The notes: generated from the letters alone by a model not told the origin. Shown: positions 1 to 8,328, numbered from the stretch's first letter. The stretch is DNA of 64,000 nucleotides from Clostridia bacterium (GCA_017518975.1 JAFWTH010000140.1:23467-87466); one strand, 5' to 3'. Numbers and translations are program-made.

Positions 1-1
1 G

Positions 2-415
2 TCCTGCCGCGACGGAAGAGAACCGCTCCCCGATCTTTTCGGAAAATGCGAAAGGGTTCTGTGCGACGCGCCGTGTTCGGGGATCGGCGTTATCGGAAAG
101 AAACCCGAAATACGCTACAAAAAAAAGGAAGACTTCGAGAAACTCCCCGCCATACAGAAAGAATTGCTCGCCGCATCCGCGTCTTACGCCGCGCCGGGCG
201 GAGTTCTCGTTTACTCCACGTGTACGCTTAACCGGAAAGAAAATGAAGATGTCGCGGAGGCGCTTGTCTCCTCCCGGCCCGATTTTGAACCGCTCGATTT
301 TGAGCTGCCCGGGATCGGACAGAGTTCGGGCGGAATGATGACGCTTTTCCCGTCGGGAAGCGATTTCCCGAGGGACGGCTTCTTCATAGCCAGGTTCCGA
401 AGGAGATCCGAATGA
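2..415 (+). CDS. rsmB: 16S rRNA m5C methyltransferase RsmB/Sun, C-terminal part (5' end lies outside the window)
   Basis: Frame 2 is open from the window edge and reads ...RVLCDAPCSGIGVIGKKPEIRYK...APGGVLVYSTCTLNRKENE..., the PCSG and TCT/NE motifs of RsmB-type m5C RNA methyltransferases. It sits directly upstream of rlmN, as in many Firmicutes. Confidence 0.85.
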   Translation, partial: SCRDGREPLPDLFGKCERVLCDAPCSGIGVIGKKPEIRYKKKEDFEKLPAIQKELLAASASYAAPGGVLVYSTCTLNRKENEDVAEALVSSRPDFEPLDFELPGIGQSSGGMMTLFPSGSDFPRDGFFIARFRRRSE

Positions 416-1464
416 GTGATTTACCCGATCTTTTGTCTATGACCCGCGAAGAACTGCGGGACTTTGCCCTCTCGATCGGCGAGAAGCCGTACCGCGGAGA
501 TCAGATTTTCTCGTTCCTTTCGCGCGGCGTCGATTACGACGGGATGACGTCCCTTTCGCTCACCCTGCGCGAAAAGCTAAAGACAGAAACGGAATTCCGG
601 CTCCCTTCGGTACTTACAAAAAAACGCTCGCGCGACGGTCTGACCGAAAAATACCTTTTGTCGCTCATCGACGGCGAGTGCGTCGAATGCGTACTGATGC
701 GCCACGACTACGGCACCTCACTTTGCATATCGTCTCAGGTCGGATGCAGGATGGGATGTAAATTCTGCGCGTCAACGCTCGCGGGAAAAGTGCGTGATCT
801 TTACCCCTCGGAACTCCTCGGGCAGATCATAGCCGTCGGGAACGATTCGGGAGAGCGGATCGACAAACTCGTGATGATGGGTATAGGCGAGCCGCTCGAC
901 AACTATGCAAACACCGTGAAATTTCTCCGCATCCTGAACGACAAGGACGGGATCGGACTCGGTCTGAGAAATGTCTCTCTCTCAACGTGCGGGATAGTTC
1001 CCGGGATCGAAAAGCTCGCGGAGGAGGGACTTCCCGTCACGCTTTCCGTTTCCCTCCACGCGTATCGCGACGACGTAAGGCAAAAAATAATGCCGGTCGC
1101 AAACAAGTATTCCCTTGACGAGCTTCTCCGCGCTTGCCGTTTCTATTTCGACAAAACGGGAAGAAGAGTCTCGTTCGAATATACTCTCATCGCAGGAAAA
1201 AACGATTCACGGGAGGACGCGATTGGACTCTGCCGTCTTTTGAAAGAAAAGATGAGGGTCACCTCTCACGTGAATATCATTCCGCTGAACCGCGTCGAGG
1301 AGACGGGCTTCTCTCCTCCCGACCCCGCTTCCGCGGAACGGTTTGCGGCTATTCTGCGCACAGAGGGACAGAACGCGACCGTGAGGCGGAGTATGGGCGC
1401 GGACGTTGATGCGGCGTGCGGTCAACTCCGACGCTCTTTACAAAATCAGGTAAAAGAGTTATAA
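412..1464 (+). CDS. rlmN: 23S rRNA/tRNA adenine-C2 methyltransferase RlmN (radical SAM)
   Basis: 350-aa ORF whose start overlaps the rsmB stop (ATGA). It has the radical-SAM CxxxCxxC motif (SSQVGCRMGCKFCAS), MGIGEPLDN, and a C-terminal DVDAACGQL. Confidence 0.9.
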   Translation: MSDLPDLLSMTREELRDFALSIGEKPYRGDQIFSFLSRGVDYDGMTSLSLTLREKLKTETEFRLPSVLTKKRSRDGLTEKYLLSLIDGECVECVLMRHDYGTSLCISSQVGCRMGCKFCASTLAGKVRDLYPSELLGQIIAVGNDSGERIDKLVMMGIGEPLDNYANTVKFLRILNDKDGIGLGLRNVSLSTCGIVPGIEKLAEEGLPVTLSVSLHAYRDDVRQKIMPVANKYSLDELLRACRFYFDKTGRRVSFEYTLIAGKNDSREDAIGLCRLLKEKMRVTSHVNIIPLNRVEETGFSPPDPASAERFAAILRTEGQNATVRRSMGADVDAACGQLRRSLQNQVKEL

Positions 1465-1507
1465 TCAAGTCATCACGACGACCCAGTCCGAAGGCGAGGT
1501 GTTGGTT

Positions 1508-2302
1508 ATGGTATATTACGGAACGACGGACGTCGGCAAAAAGAGAACCGCCAATCAGGACACCTTTACCGTAAAGGAGTACCCGGGAGGCGTAACTCTC
1601 GCCGTCGTTTGCGACGGTATGGGCGGTGCAAACGGAGGAGCTACGGCGTCCTCTCTCGCCGTCTCGTCTTTTGTCGACCATATAGACGGATACGCCGACC
1701 TTCTCTCGGGAATGAGTCCGGAACCTGAAGGAACGAGGGAGAATGCAATCTCCATTCCCGCAGTTCTGGAAAACGCGGTCTCCGCCGCCAATCTTGCCGT
1801 TTACGCGAAAAGCGTTTCTGACCCCGAACTCGAGGGAATGGGCACGACACTCGTATCCGTCCTCGCAACCGACGAGTATATTTTCGCCGTCAACGTGGGC
1901 GACAGCAGGATGTATCTTATCGACAGAAACGGAATCAGACAGATCACGAGGGATCATTCGTACGTTCAGCACCTGATCGATCTCGGAAGGCTTTCGCCGA
2001 GAAAAGCGCGTACGGCGCGCAATAAAAACATCATAACCCGCGCCGTGGGAACGGAGGAGACCGTTCGCGCCGACGTTTTCAGGATCGAGAAGAAGTCCGC
2101 CGAGGACGGCGGACCGACATACGCGCTTCTCTGTACGGACGGCCTTTCAAATATGGCTGAACCGGAAGAAATAGCAGGTATCGTCGCCGTAAGAGAATCA
2201 GCAGACGTCGATTCTCTGAAAAAATCAGCGGAAGACCTTATCAAACTTGCAAACGACAGAGGCGGCGCGGACAACATCACAGCCGTAATCCTCGCATACT
2301 GA
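1508..2302 (+). CDS. stp: PP2C-family Ser/Thr protein phosphatase (Stp/PrpC type)
   Basis: Motifs TDVGKKRTANQD, VCDGMGG and GGADNITAV are present. ATG 1508 lies about 8 nt after GAGGTG; the longest ORF starts at GTG 1499. The gene is upstream of and nearly contiguous with the PASTA kinase gene. Confidence 0.85.
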   Translation: MVYYGTTDVGKKRTANQDTFTVKEYPGGVTLAVVCDGMGGANGGATASSLAVSSFVDHIDGYADLLSGMSPEPEGTRENAISIPAVLENAVSAANLAVYAKSVSDPELEGMGTTLVSVLATDEYIFAVNVGDSRMYLIDRNGIRQITRDHSYVQHLIDLGRLSPRKARTARNKNIITRAVGTEETVRADVFRIEKKSAEDGGPTYALLCTDGLSNMAEPEEIAGIVAVRESADVDSLKKSAEDLIKLANDRGGADNITAVILAY

Positions 2303-2321
2303 AAAAGGGGGTGGCTTTGAT

Positions 2322-4250
2322 ATGGATAATTACGAAAAATACGTCGGACAGATATTCGACAACAGATATAAAATAGAAAATCTCATCGGCGTTGGCGGAA
2401 TGGCGGTCGTTTACAAAGCGCTGGATATGCTCATGCGACGCGTCGTCGCGGTCAAGATCCTCAAAGACGATATGGCGACGGACGAGCCGTCGGTCATGCG
2501 GTTCATCAACGAATCGAAAGCGGTCGCTATGCTCTCTCATCCCAACATCGTCAACATCTACGACGTCTCCGTCAGGGATAACGTAAAATATATCGTGATG
2601 GAGTACATCGAGGGAATAACCTTAAAGAGTTATATCACCAGACGTCAGGTACTGAGTTTCAAAGAGGTCGTCGGTTATTCGATACAGATTCTCAAAGCGC
2701 TCGAACACGCGCACCAGAAGGGCATCGTCCACCGGGACATCAAACCGCAGAACATCATGCTGCTTAAAAGCGGCGTGATCAAAGTGATGGATTTCGGCAT
2801 CGCCAAGCTGCCCAACACGGACACCGTGACGATGTCGGATAAAGCGATAGGTACGGTCTACTATATCAGTCCCGAGCAGGCGAGCGGCGAGGCGATCGAC
2901 GCGCGATCCGATCTGTACTCTCTCGGCGCCATGATGTACGAGATGAGTACCGGATCCCTTCCTTTCGACGCAGAATCACCCGTCTCCGTCGCGCTTATGC
3001 AGGTTAATGACACTCCCGCCGCCCCGCGCGAGGTCAACTCGCATATTCCGCAGGGACTGGAGCAGATCATTCTGAAAGCCATGGAGAAAGATCCCTCCGT
3101 ACGCTATCAAAGCGCGTCGCAAATGCTCTCTCATCTTATAAAACTGAGAGAAAATCCGAATATAATCTTCAAACCCTCCCCCGGAGACAAGATCAAGAAG
3201 TTCTTCTCGTCGAAATCCCACAAAAACAAAAAAGGCCGCGCGATGTTCCCTATGATCATGGGCGTTTTTTCCGCCTTTCTGATCGTCTTCTTGCTCTCGG
3301 GTGCCTTTATTTTCCAAAACGTTTTCAACAGTTCCTCCCAAGTCGGTTATGAAACCATAACGGTCGATAGTTTCGTCAATTCGGATTATTCCGACGAGCT
3401 TAAAGAATGGTTCGAGAAATCGGAATACTACACGGTCGCCAACGTAGAGTACAAATACAGCGCGACCGTCCCTCAGGGAACCATAATCGAGCAGTCTCCG
3501 TCGGAAGGGGTCCGCAAGAAGGTCCAACGCGGTAAAAAACCTTGTAAAATCAAGCTTGTAGTAAGCGGGGGTGAGCAAAAACTCACCCTCGGGAATTTTT
3601 CCGTAAGAGATTACCGCCTTGCCGTATCCGAACTGCGTTCCATGGGTCTCGTCTGTTCCGTTGAAAAAGTGTATGACGACTCGATCGAGATCGGTTACGT
3701 TGTAACGACCGAGCCCGAATCGGGCACGATCGTCGAAAGCGGAGACAAAATCACCCTCCTCGTAAGCAAGGGCCCCGAGGAAGGCGATATCGAAGTCCCC
3801 GATTTCGTTGGAAAGACGGAAGCGGAGGTGCTGGTCCTTCTTGCAAAACTGAATCTTTCCCCGGGAAACGTGATCTATGAGCGCTCGGATAAAAAAGCCG
3901 GGACGATCACTTCCCAAAGTATCCTGCCGGAGGCAAAAGTCTCAGCCCGCACTCCGATAGATTTCAGCGTAAGCGGAGGACCGAAGTACGGCAAAGGCGC
4001 GGCTGACGATTCAGGAGATTCCGACAACAAAGGCAGCAAGTCGGACACTGACACGCCGATTACGCTTGATCCGATAAGCAAGATCACCGACAGTTCAAAA
4101 GTCGAAGATACGGCTCCCGAAAAGGAATCTTCCGAGTCCGAATCTGAAGAATCCGATTCCGAGAGTGAAAGCAAAATCGAATCGGAATCGGAGGAAAGCG
4201 GAAGCGAATCAGACGGGGAGGAATCCGCCCCCGAGCGTGACGACGGATGA
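2322..4250 (+). CDS. prkC: PASTA-domain Ser/Thr protein kinase (PrkC/PknB type) with an acidic Ser/Glu/Asp-rich C-terminal tail
   Basis: Hanks kinase motifs are present: GGMAVVYKA, HRDIKPQN, DFG, SPEQ. A TM segment (FPMIMGVFSAFLIVFLL) is followed by three PASTA-like repeats and a low-complexity tail (SESESEESDSESES). Confidence 0.9.
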   Translation: MDNYEKYVGQIFDNRYKIENLIGVGGMAVVYKALDMLMRRVVAVKILKDDMATDEPSVMRFINESKAVAMLSHPNIVNIYDVSVRDNVKYIVMEYIEGITLKSYITRRQVLSFKEVVGYSIQILKALEHAHQKGIVHRDIKPQNIMLLKSGVIKVMDFGIAKLPNTDTVTMSDKAIGTVYYISPEQASGEAIDARSDLYSLGAMMYEMSTGSLPFDAESPVSVALMQVNDTPAAPREVNSHIPQGLEQIILKAMEKDPSVRYQSASQMLSHLIKLRENPNIIFKPSPGDKIKKFFSSKSHKNKKGRAMFPMIMGVFSAFLIVFLLSGAFIFQNVFNSSSQVGYETITVDSFVNSDYSDELKEWFEKSEYYTVANVEYKYSATVPQGTIIEQSPSEGVRKKVQRGKKPCKIKLVVSGGEQKLTLGNFSVRDYRLAVSELRSMGLVCSVEKVYDDSIEIGYVVTTEPESGTIVESGDKITLLVSKGPEEGDIEVPDFVGKTEAEVLVLLAKLNLSPGNVIYERSDKKAGTITSQSILPEAKVSARTPIDFSVSGGPKYGKGAADDSGDSDNKGSKSDTDTPITLDPISKITDSSKVEDTAPEKESSESESEESDSESESKIESESEESGSESDGEESAPERDDG

Positions 4251-5287
4251 CGGGCGCTGATAAGAACGAATCATCCCGAGTGATCCGCGGAATGATAACG
4301 AAAGGAGTAGGCGGCCTTTACTCCGTCGCTCCGTTTCCCGGCGAGTCTGCGGAAGACGAGCTTCTCTGTTCCGCGCGCGGGAAATTCCGTCTTGACGGGA
4401 TAATCCCGCTTCCCGGCGACGACGTTACGGTAGAACCGGATACGGAAGCGGGCGTTGCTTCAGACGATCCCCGTTTTGTGATAACCAGTGTCAAAGAAAG
4501 AAAAAACGTTCTTATAAGACCGCCTCTTTCCAATCTGACTTATATGTTTGCGGTCATACCGTCATGCCGTCCGAGGCCTGATCTTCTGACAGCGGACAAA
4601 CTCCTCGCTATTCTTGAGCATGCGGGGATAGAGCCGATCGTTGTCGTTACCAAATCCGATCTTGACCCCGCGTCGGCGGAAGAACTCAGGCACATATACG
4701 CAACGGCGGGCTACCGGACGTTCGTCCTCAGCGCAGTGACCGGCGAGGGATGCGAAGACTTGACGGCTTTTCTTGCGGAAGTCGCCTCAGAAGCCGAAAA
4801 AGCGAATGGCTCGGTCCGAGCCGCTTTCGCGGGGGTTTCCGGGGCAGGAAAATCTACTTTGCTTTCAAAACTCTTCCCGACTCTATCCCTGAAAACGGGA
4901 TCGGTCAGCCGAAAGACCGAGCGCGGAAAGCATACGACAAGATGCACCGAGCTTTTCTCCGTCCCGGTGGGGGACAAGAACATATACCTTGCAGATACGC
5001 CCGGCTTTTCAATGCTCGACTTTACTCGTTTCGACTTCCTTCCGGAAAAAGATCTCCCAATGTGTTTCAGGGAGTTTTGTGACTGCCTTGGAAAGTGCAG
5101 ATACACGGGCTGTACCCACGTCCGGGAGGAAGGTTGCGCCGTCATCGAAAAAATCGGTCGCGGAGAGATTGCGAAAAGCCGCCACGACAACTACGTCGCG
5201 ATACGCGATGAGATCAAAAAAAAGCCGGCCTGGAAAAGAGATAAAGAAGAAAAAGAACGCACAAAAAGAAAAGAACCGCGTGTATAA
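4247..5287 (+). CDS. rsgA: Ribosome small-subunit biogenesis GTPase RsgA
   Basis: Circularly permuted GTPase motifs VVTKSDL and GVSGAGKSTL are present, with DTPG and the C-terminal zinc motif CRYTGCTHVREEGC. An alternative start is ATG 4292. Confidence 0.9.
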   Translation: MTGADKNESSRVIRGMITKGVGGLYSVAPFPGESAEDELLCSARGKFRLDGIIPLPGDDVTVEPDTEAGVASDDPRFVITSVKERKNVLIRPPLSNLTYMFAVIPSCRPRPDLLTADKLLAILEHAGIEPIVVVTKSDLDPASAEELRHIYATAGYRTFVLSAVTGEGCEDLTAFLAEVASEAEKANGSVRAAFAGVSGAGKSTLLSKLFPTLSLKTGSVSRKTERGKHTTRCTELFSVPVGDKNIYLADTPGFSMLDFTRFDFLPEKDLPMCFREFCDCLGKCRYTGCTHVREEGCAVIEKIGRGEIAKSRHDNYVAIRDEIKKKPAWKRDKEEKERTKRKEPRV

Positions 5288-5298
5288 TACGCGGTTCT
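5262..5298 (+). terminator. Rho-independent terminator of the rsgA operon
   Basis: A 10-bp stem (AAGAACCGCG / CGCGGTTCTT) with a 9-nt loop is followed by TTTTCGTCTTCTGTCTTTT. It overlaps the rsgA stop codon. Confidence 0.7.
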
Positions 5299-5454
5299 TT
5301 TCGTCTTCTGTCTTTTGAAACTGAATAAAGTATCGTGTGAGCGCAGGAAAACATAAAGCTATGTTTTCCTATGCGCATTGAATCCTTTCGGCGTGAAACG
5401 GCATTGAAGTCTTCACGTTTCATTCCTGCCGCGCCTGCGGCACGGGGGATTCGT

Positions 5455-5563
5455 CCGGTTGCTCGCGAAGCAACCGGGACAAAATACCGCGTGAAATGTC
5501 TGCTTGCTAAGCAAGCAGGATAAAGATTTCTTGAATGGGATGACCCATTTCAAGAAATCTTTA
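5455..5563. repeat. Three consecutive perfect or near-perfect hairpins in noncoding DNA
   Basis: H1 5455-5477 is CCGGTTGCT/AGCAACCGG. H2 5500-5518 is CTGCTTGC/GCAAGCAG. H3 5521-5563 is a 19-bp stem (TAAAGATTTCTTGAATGGG / CCCATTTCAAGAAATCTTTA) with one bulge. No convincing ORF covers them. Confidence 0.6.
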
Positions 5564-5671
5564 CGGAGTGTTCCGTGACGTTTTTCAGGAATATGAAATA
5601 TATTTCTTGCCGGATTTGCCGGGCACGTGGTATTTTACTGCGCACTTGGGGTCGTGTCGCGGTAACTTCAG

Positions 5672-5697
5672 GAATTTCGCGCTATCGCGCGAAATTC
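5672..5697. repeat. Palindrome GAATTTCGCGC-TATC-GCGCGAAATTC
   Basis: This is a perfect inverted repeat. Its half-site contains ATTTCGCG, the unit that is tandemly repeated at 12939-13000. Confidence 0.6.
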
Positions 5698-5747
5698 GGG
5701 CGGACAGCGGTAGCGAACGAATACGAAAACGACATACTGTCCGCACA

Positions 5748-5818
5748 GCTCCCTCGGTCACGGGGCGGTTCTGACAGTCCCCCGGACTGTCATTCATTTC
5801 CGCCCCGCTTCGAATCCC
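5748..5818. repeat. 71-bp direct repeat, copy 1 (internally structured)
   Basis: Identical to 5898-5968, with a 150-bp offset. It contains nested inverted repeats, GGGGCGG...CCGCCCC enclosing TGACAGTCC-CCCG-GACTGTCA, and ends in CTTCGAATCCC. Confidence 0.8.
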
Positions 5819-5897
5819 CTATCCTTTCATTGAGGATGGGATGGGATTCGATTCTCGGTCGCGCGGTGTCAGCCGTCGCAAAAATACGACGGCTGAC

Positions 5898-5968
5898 GCT
5901 CCCTCGGTCACGGGGCGGTTCTGACAGTCCCCCGGACTGTCATTCATTTCCGCCCCGCTTCGAATCCC
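5898..5968. repeat. 71-bp direct repeat, copy 2
   Basis: Identical to 5748-5818 by direct comparison. It is preceded by the hairpin 5868-5897 (GTCAGCCGTCG / CGACGGCTGAC). Confidence 0.8.
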
Positions 5969-5977
5969 ATTTTCAAT

Positions 5978-6031
5978 CTCTCCGAATAACAACAGCGGGC
6001 GATAACTCGCCCGCTGTTGTTATTCGGAGAG
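5978..6031 (-). terminator. 24-bp perfect hairpin immediately downstream of, and overlapping, the tRNA-Ser 3' end
   Basis: CTCTCCGAATAACAACAGCGGGCG / CGCCCGCTGTTGTTATTCGGAGAG with a 4-6 nt loop. Its right arm includes the acceptor-stem 3' strand of the tRNA fragment. There is no strong U-tract, so it may be a processing or terminator structure. Confidence 0.5.
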
Positions 6032-6077
6032 GATGGGATTCGAACCCATGTGGGGTTGCCCCCAAACGGTTTTCAAG
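6025..6077 (-). tRNA. Orphan 3' half of a tRNA-Ser(UGA) gene (anticodon loop to discriminator); the 5' half is absent
   Basis: The reverse complement reads CTTGAAA-ACCGT-TTGGGGGCAACCCCACA-TGGGTTCGAATCCCA-TCCTCTCC-G. That gives an anticodon loop with UGA, a long variable arm, a T-arm and the acceptor 3' strand. Sequence to the right of 6077 cannot form the anticodon stem, D-arm or GGAGAGG acceptor 5' strand. Confidence 0.6.
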
Positions 6078-6162
6078 AAACCTGGGGTTTGTCCAGGATA
6101 GTCCCTGTTAGTCACGTCGCATCGCCGATTTTACCACAAAATTGGCCATTTTTAAGCATTAT

Positions 6163-6206
6163 TGTGAAAAAGTGCGAGAAAATTGCGAGAAAAATGCGAG
6201 GAAAAT
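6163..6206. repeat. Tandem 11-12 bp repeats, TGCGAGAAAAT-like, 3-4 copies
   Basis: TGTGAAAAAG-TGCGAGAAAAT-TGCGAGAAAAAA-TGCGAGGAAAAT, about 90 bp inside the island boundary and 100 bp upstream of the excisionase-like gene. The position fits recombination-directionality or arm-type binding sites. Confidence 0.5.
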
Positions 6207-6304
6207 CACAGGACAGTTTCCAACCATAACAGACATAATTATTCCCCATATCGATGCCAAAGTATCTTCATCGGCAAATATATTAATTAAAGGATGAAAG
6301 TACT

Positions 6305-6574
6305 ATGACACGGGCTGAATTTATCAGAGAACTTGAAAGAATGCTGAAAAAGGCTCCTGAATTGATGACTCCTTCAAAAGTCAGCAAACACACCCCACTC
6401 GGGAAAAACCATGTATATGAGTTGATCAAGTCAGGCGAAATACGCTCTATAGTATTTCAAAACTCATACATAGTAGCTAAATCAGACGTAATTGAATATC
6501 TTGCTGATCATGCTAACGACAAAAACAAAAGGCACTTTGCCCTTACAGAAAAACAAGAAGGTGAATCAAAATGA
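6305..6574 (+). CDS. Excisionase-family helix-turn-helix DNA-binding protein
   Basis: 89-aa ORF with ...MTPSKVSKHTPLGKNHVYELIKSGEIRSIVFQNSYIVAKSDVIEYL..., an HTH_17/excisionase-like pattern. Its stop overlaps an ATGA start of a 5-codon ORF (MINQR*), where an integrase gene would normally follow. Confidence 0.6.
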   Translation: MTRAEFIRELERMLKKAPELMTPSKVSKHTPLGKNHVYELIKSGEIRSIVFQNSYIVAKSDVIEYLADHANDKNKRHFALTEKQEGESK

Positions 6575-6735
6575 TAAATCAGCGGTAATAAAAGAGTTTA
6601 GCACTCTAGCTTTTTATCAACAACAAACATAACAAGGTTACTTAACATAAGCCACGCATCGGTTTTCTCCATATATGAGACCCAATGCGTGGCTTTGCTA
6701 TTTGATATTGTATCCTGTATTATATAAACATTACA

Positions 6736-6978
6736 TTATATAAACATTACAAAGTAGTGCGGAAGTGTTATTTTGGCCCCAACCTTACTGTTTCTTCCTC
6801 CAATCAATTTGTACGCAAGTGACGGAGAAAATTCCTCGATAAATTTGTTCAGTGATGGAGTCGGATTATTCCCGGCTTTCACTTCAACCGGAATTACTTC
6901 GCCGTTTTTCTCAATAAGGAACTCAATTTCGTGTTCACTGTCCGGTTTGAAGTAATATAGCGTATATCCGCGGTTCAA
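6736..6978 (-). pseudogene. C-terminal fragment of a DUF4143-type AAA+ ATPase
   Basis: The 80 aa ...YYFKPDSEHEIEFLIEKNGEVIPVEVKAGNN...LPHYFVMFI match the C-terminal region of the intact paralog-type gene at 45349-46572 (YFYRDKDMNEIDLLIDDGGVLYPIEIKKH). The N-terminal part of roughly 330 aa is missing. Confidence 0.6.
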
Positions 6979-7259
6979 AAGACGATGTTATACATAAAAA
7001 TTGGGTTAATATCAAGCATTTTTTGCATAAAATTGGGGTATGTTTTTGATACCATTCGCATATTTTTTGGGTTTAATATCGCCGATGTGCAAGGGGAGGT
7101 AAGCCTCCAAAAAAATGGAGCAGTAATCTGCTCCATTCTATTAAAGTAATATCATTGTATCATTAGTTGCACATTCAGTTAAGAAAAAAGTAAATTAATT
7201 GCACTTTTCGGTGTTTGACAGAGGGACGCCGCCGATATTCCAAGTGAAAGACGCCATTA

Positions 7260-7735
7260 TTAAAACCCTTCATTTACAGACCAGTATCCGTTTTTATCAG
7301 AACCGTGTCGGATGATTACCCCCTCGCTTTTAAGCATTTGGGTGTTTCTTTCGACGGTTCTTTTTTTGACTCCTATTTGCAAAGCCATTTCTTCATTGGT
7401 ATATTTAGGATTCTTTTTTATCAAATCAATTATCTTATTTTGAGTTGAATTGAGTTTTACACCGACATTTACACCGACATTTACACCGACATTTTTGCCG
7501 ACAAACGCCGGATGAATCAGCAGCGTACTCGAGAAAGACAGCCGAGCGGGATCGGTCTCAAAAATCGGGTTTGGCGAACCGTTTTTTTCGAGCGCATTGA
7601 GTATTTTGCGAAAACCGGTGTTTCTGCCCTCTGTCAGATGCATCTCTTTCAGAAATTCGCCGATCCTGCGGTTGCGATAACGGCGATTGAAAACGTGAAA
7701 CGTTTTCAATCCTTCTTCCGTGACGGAACGATCAG
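7260..7735 (-). pseudogene. C-terminal fragment of an AlbA_2/HATPase_c_4-type ATP-dependent DNA-binding regulator with a wHTH tail
   Basis: ...YRNRRIGEFLKEMHLTEGRNTGFRKILNALEKNGSPNPIFETD... is followed by a (VGVN)x3 linker and a wHTH (IIDLIKKNPKYTNEEMALQIGVKKRTVERNTQMLKSEGVI). The N-terminal part of the 274-aa ORF has no recognisable domain and overlaps a + strand TnpV remnant. Confidence 0.5.
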
Positions 7736-7739
7736 CGCC

Positions 7740-8003
7740 GGGATGCAGACGGAGGGAACGCTGAACGCTCATCTCGAGCAGATCGACCGGGAGGCTACGG
7801 AATTGGGGCAGCGTCTCATCGCCCAAATCGCCGTATCCGAAGGCGTCACCGAGGAGCTCAAAAAACTCGATCAAATGGCACGGAATTAGGTTGATACCCC
7901 GACTACAGGTAGAAGCACCAACTGAAGCGGTAGCCGAGACCGGTGCGACGAACAACATCCGCGACCGGGTCAACGAGATTGTTCCGAACGAGGTGATTTT
8001 CGT
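7740..8003 (+). pseudogene. TnpV-like transposon protein remnant (N-terminally truncated, interrupted)
   Basis: ...GMQTEGTLNAHLEQIDREATELGQRLIAQIAVSEGVTEELKKLDQMARN* is followed in another frame by ...TNNIRDRVNEIVPNEVIFV*. This resembles the C-terminal half of clostridial TnpV proteins (...MEWVGRMNNIR...E.I). Confidence 0.45.
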
Positions 8004-8276
8004 ATGACGGCGTTGGAAGACTTGTGGTATGAGATCATCAACCCACATGAAACCTATTTGAGCGGCAACTGCCGGTTCAAACACCTGCTCTCCCCTATGG
8101 GCAAGAACTGGGACAAGCTAAGCAACACGCTCACCGAACAGCAAAAGGAGTCTTTCGAAAAGTATGGCAAAGCTCTCAACGAAATGTACTGCCTCGCCGA
8201 GCAAGTGACATTTCAGTATGAGTTCTCTCTTGGTGTCAAACTAATGATGGAATGGCGTTCATCAAACTCCCAATAG
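8004..8276 (+). CDS. Small conserved hypothetical protein (DUF6809-like)
   Basis: 90 aa, MTALEDLWYEIINPHE...LTEQQKESFEKYGKALNEMY...FSLGVKLMME. The pattern is recalled from small proteins that accompany TnpV-type cargo in Clostridia. The family assignment is from memory. Confidence 0.45.
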   Translation: MTALEDLWYEIINPHETYLSGNCRFKHLLSPMGKNWDKLSNTLTEQQKESFEKYGKALNEMYCLAEQVTFQYEFSLGVKLMMEWRSSNSQ

Positions 8277-8328
8277 AAAGCTAAAAATAGCGGAACCGGT
8301 TTATTGGCTGCGTTATTATTTTATAAAA

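Noticed and set aside
2976-3917. Long antisense ORFs opposite well-supported genes (e.g. 2976-3917, 1349-1972, 17423-18076, 21639-22220, 30287-31468, 34225-34863, 35766-36737, 43269-44498, all on the - strand)
   Set aside because: Each lies entirely within a + strand gene that has clear family motifs (prkC, stp, adhesin, relaxase and others). Their translations are low-complexity or Arg/Gly/Ser-rich with no motifs. They are the usual stop-poor mirror frames of GC-rich coding DNA.
5748-5968. The 71-bp repeats might be tRNA genes, because they end in TTCGAATCCC
   Set aside because: Neither strand can be folded by hand into a cloverleaf. There are no complementary T-stem arms around TTCGAAT, no acceptor pairing and no D-arm. 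They are reported only as structured repeats.
5575-6111. 178-aa + strand ORF spanning the repeat/hairpin region and the tRNA fragment
   Set aside because: Its sequence simply translates the two 71-bp repeats (duplicated LPRSRGGSDSPPDCHSFPPRFES) and runs through the tRNA remnant. It has no RBS and no domain, and it sits in a region dominated by inverted repeats.
7441-7500. 12-bp tandem repeat (ACACCGACATTT x3-4) as a possible regulatory or CRISPR-like array
   Set aside because: It lies inside the - strand coding fragment and encodes a (VGVN)x3 linker. The units are contiguous with no spacers, so it is an in-frame coding repeat.
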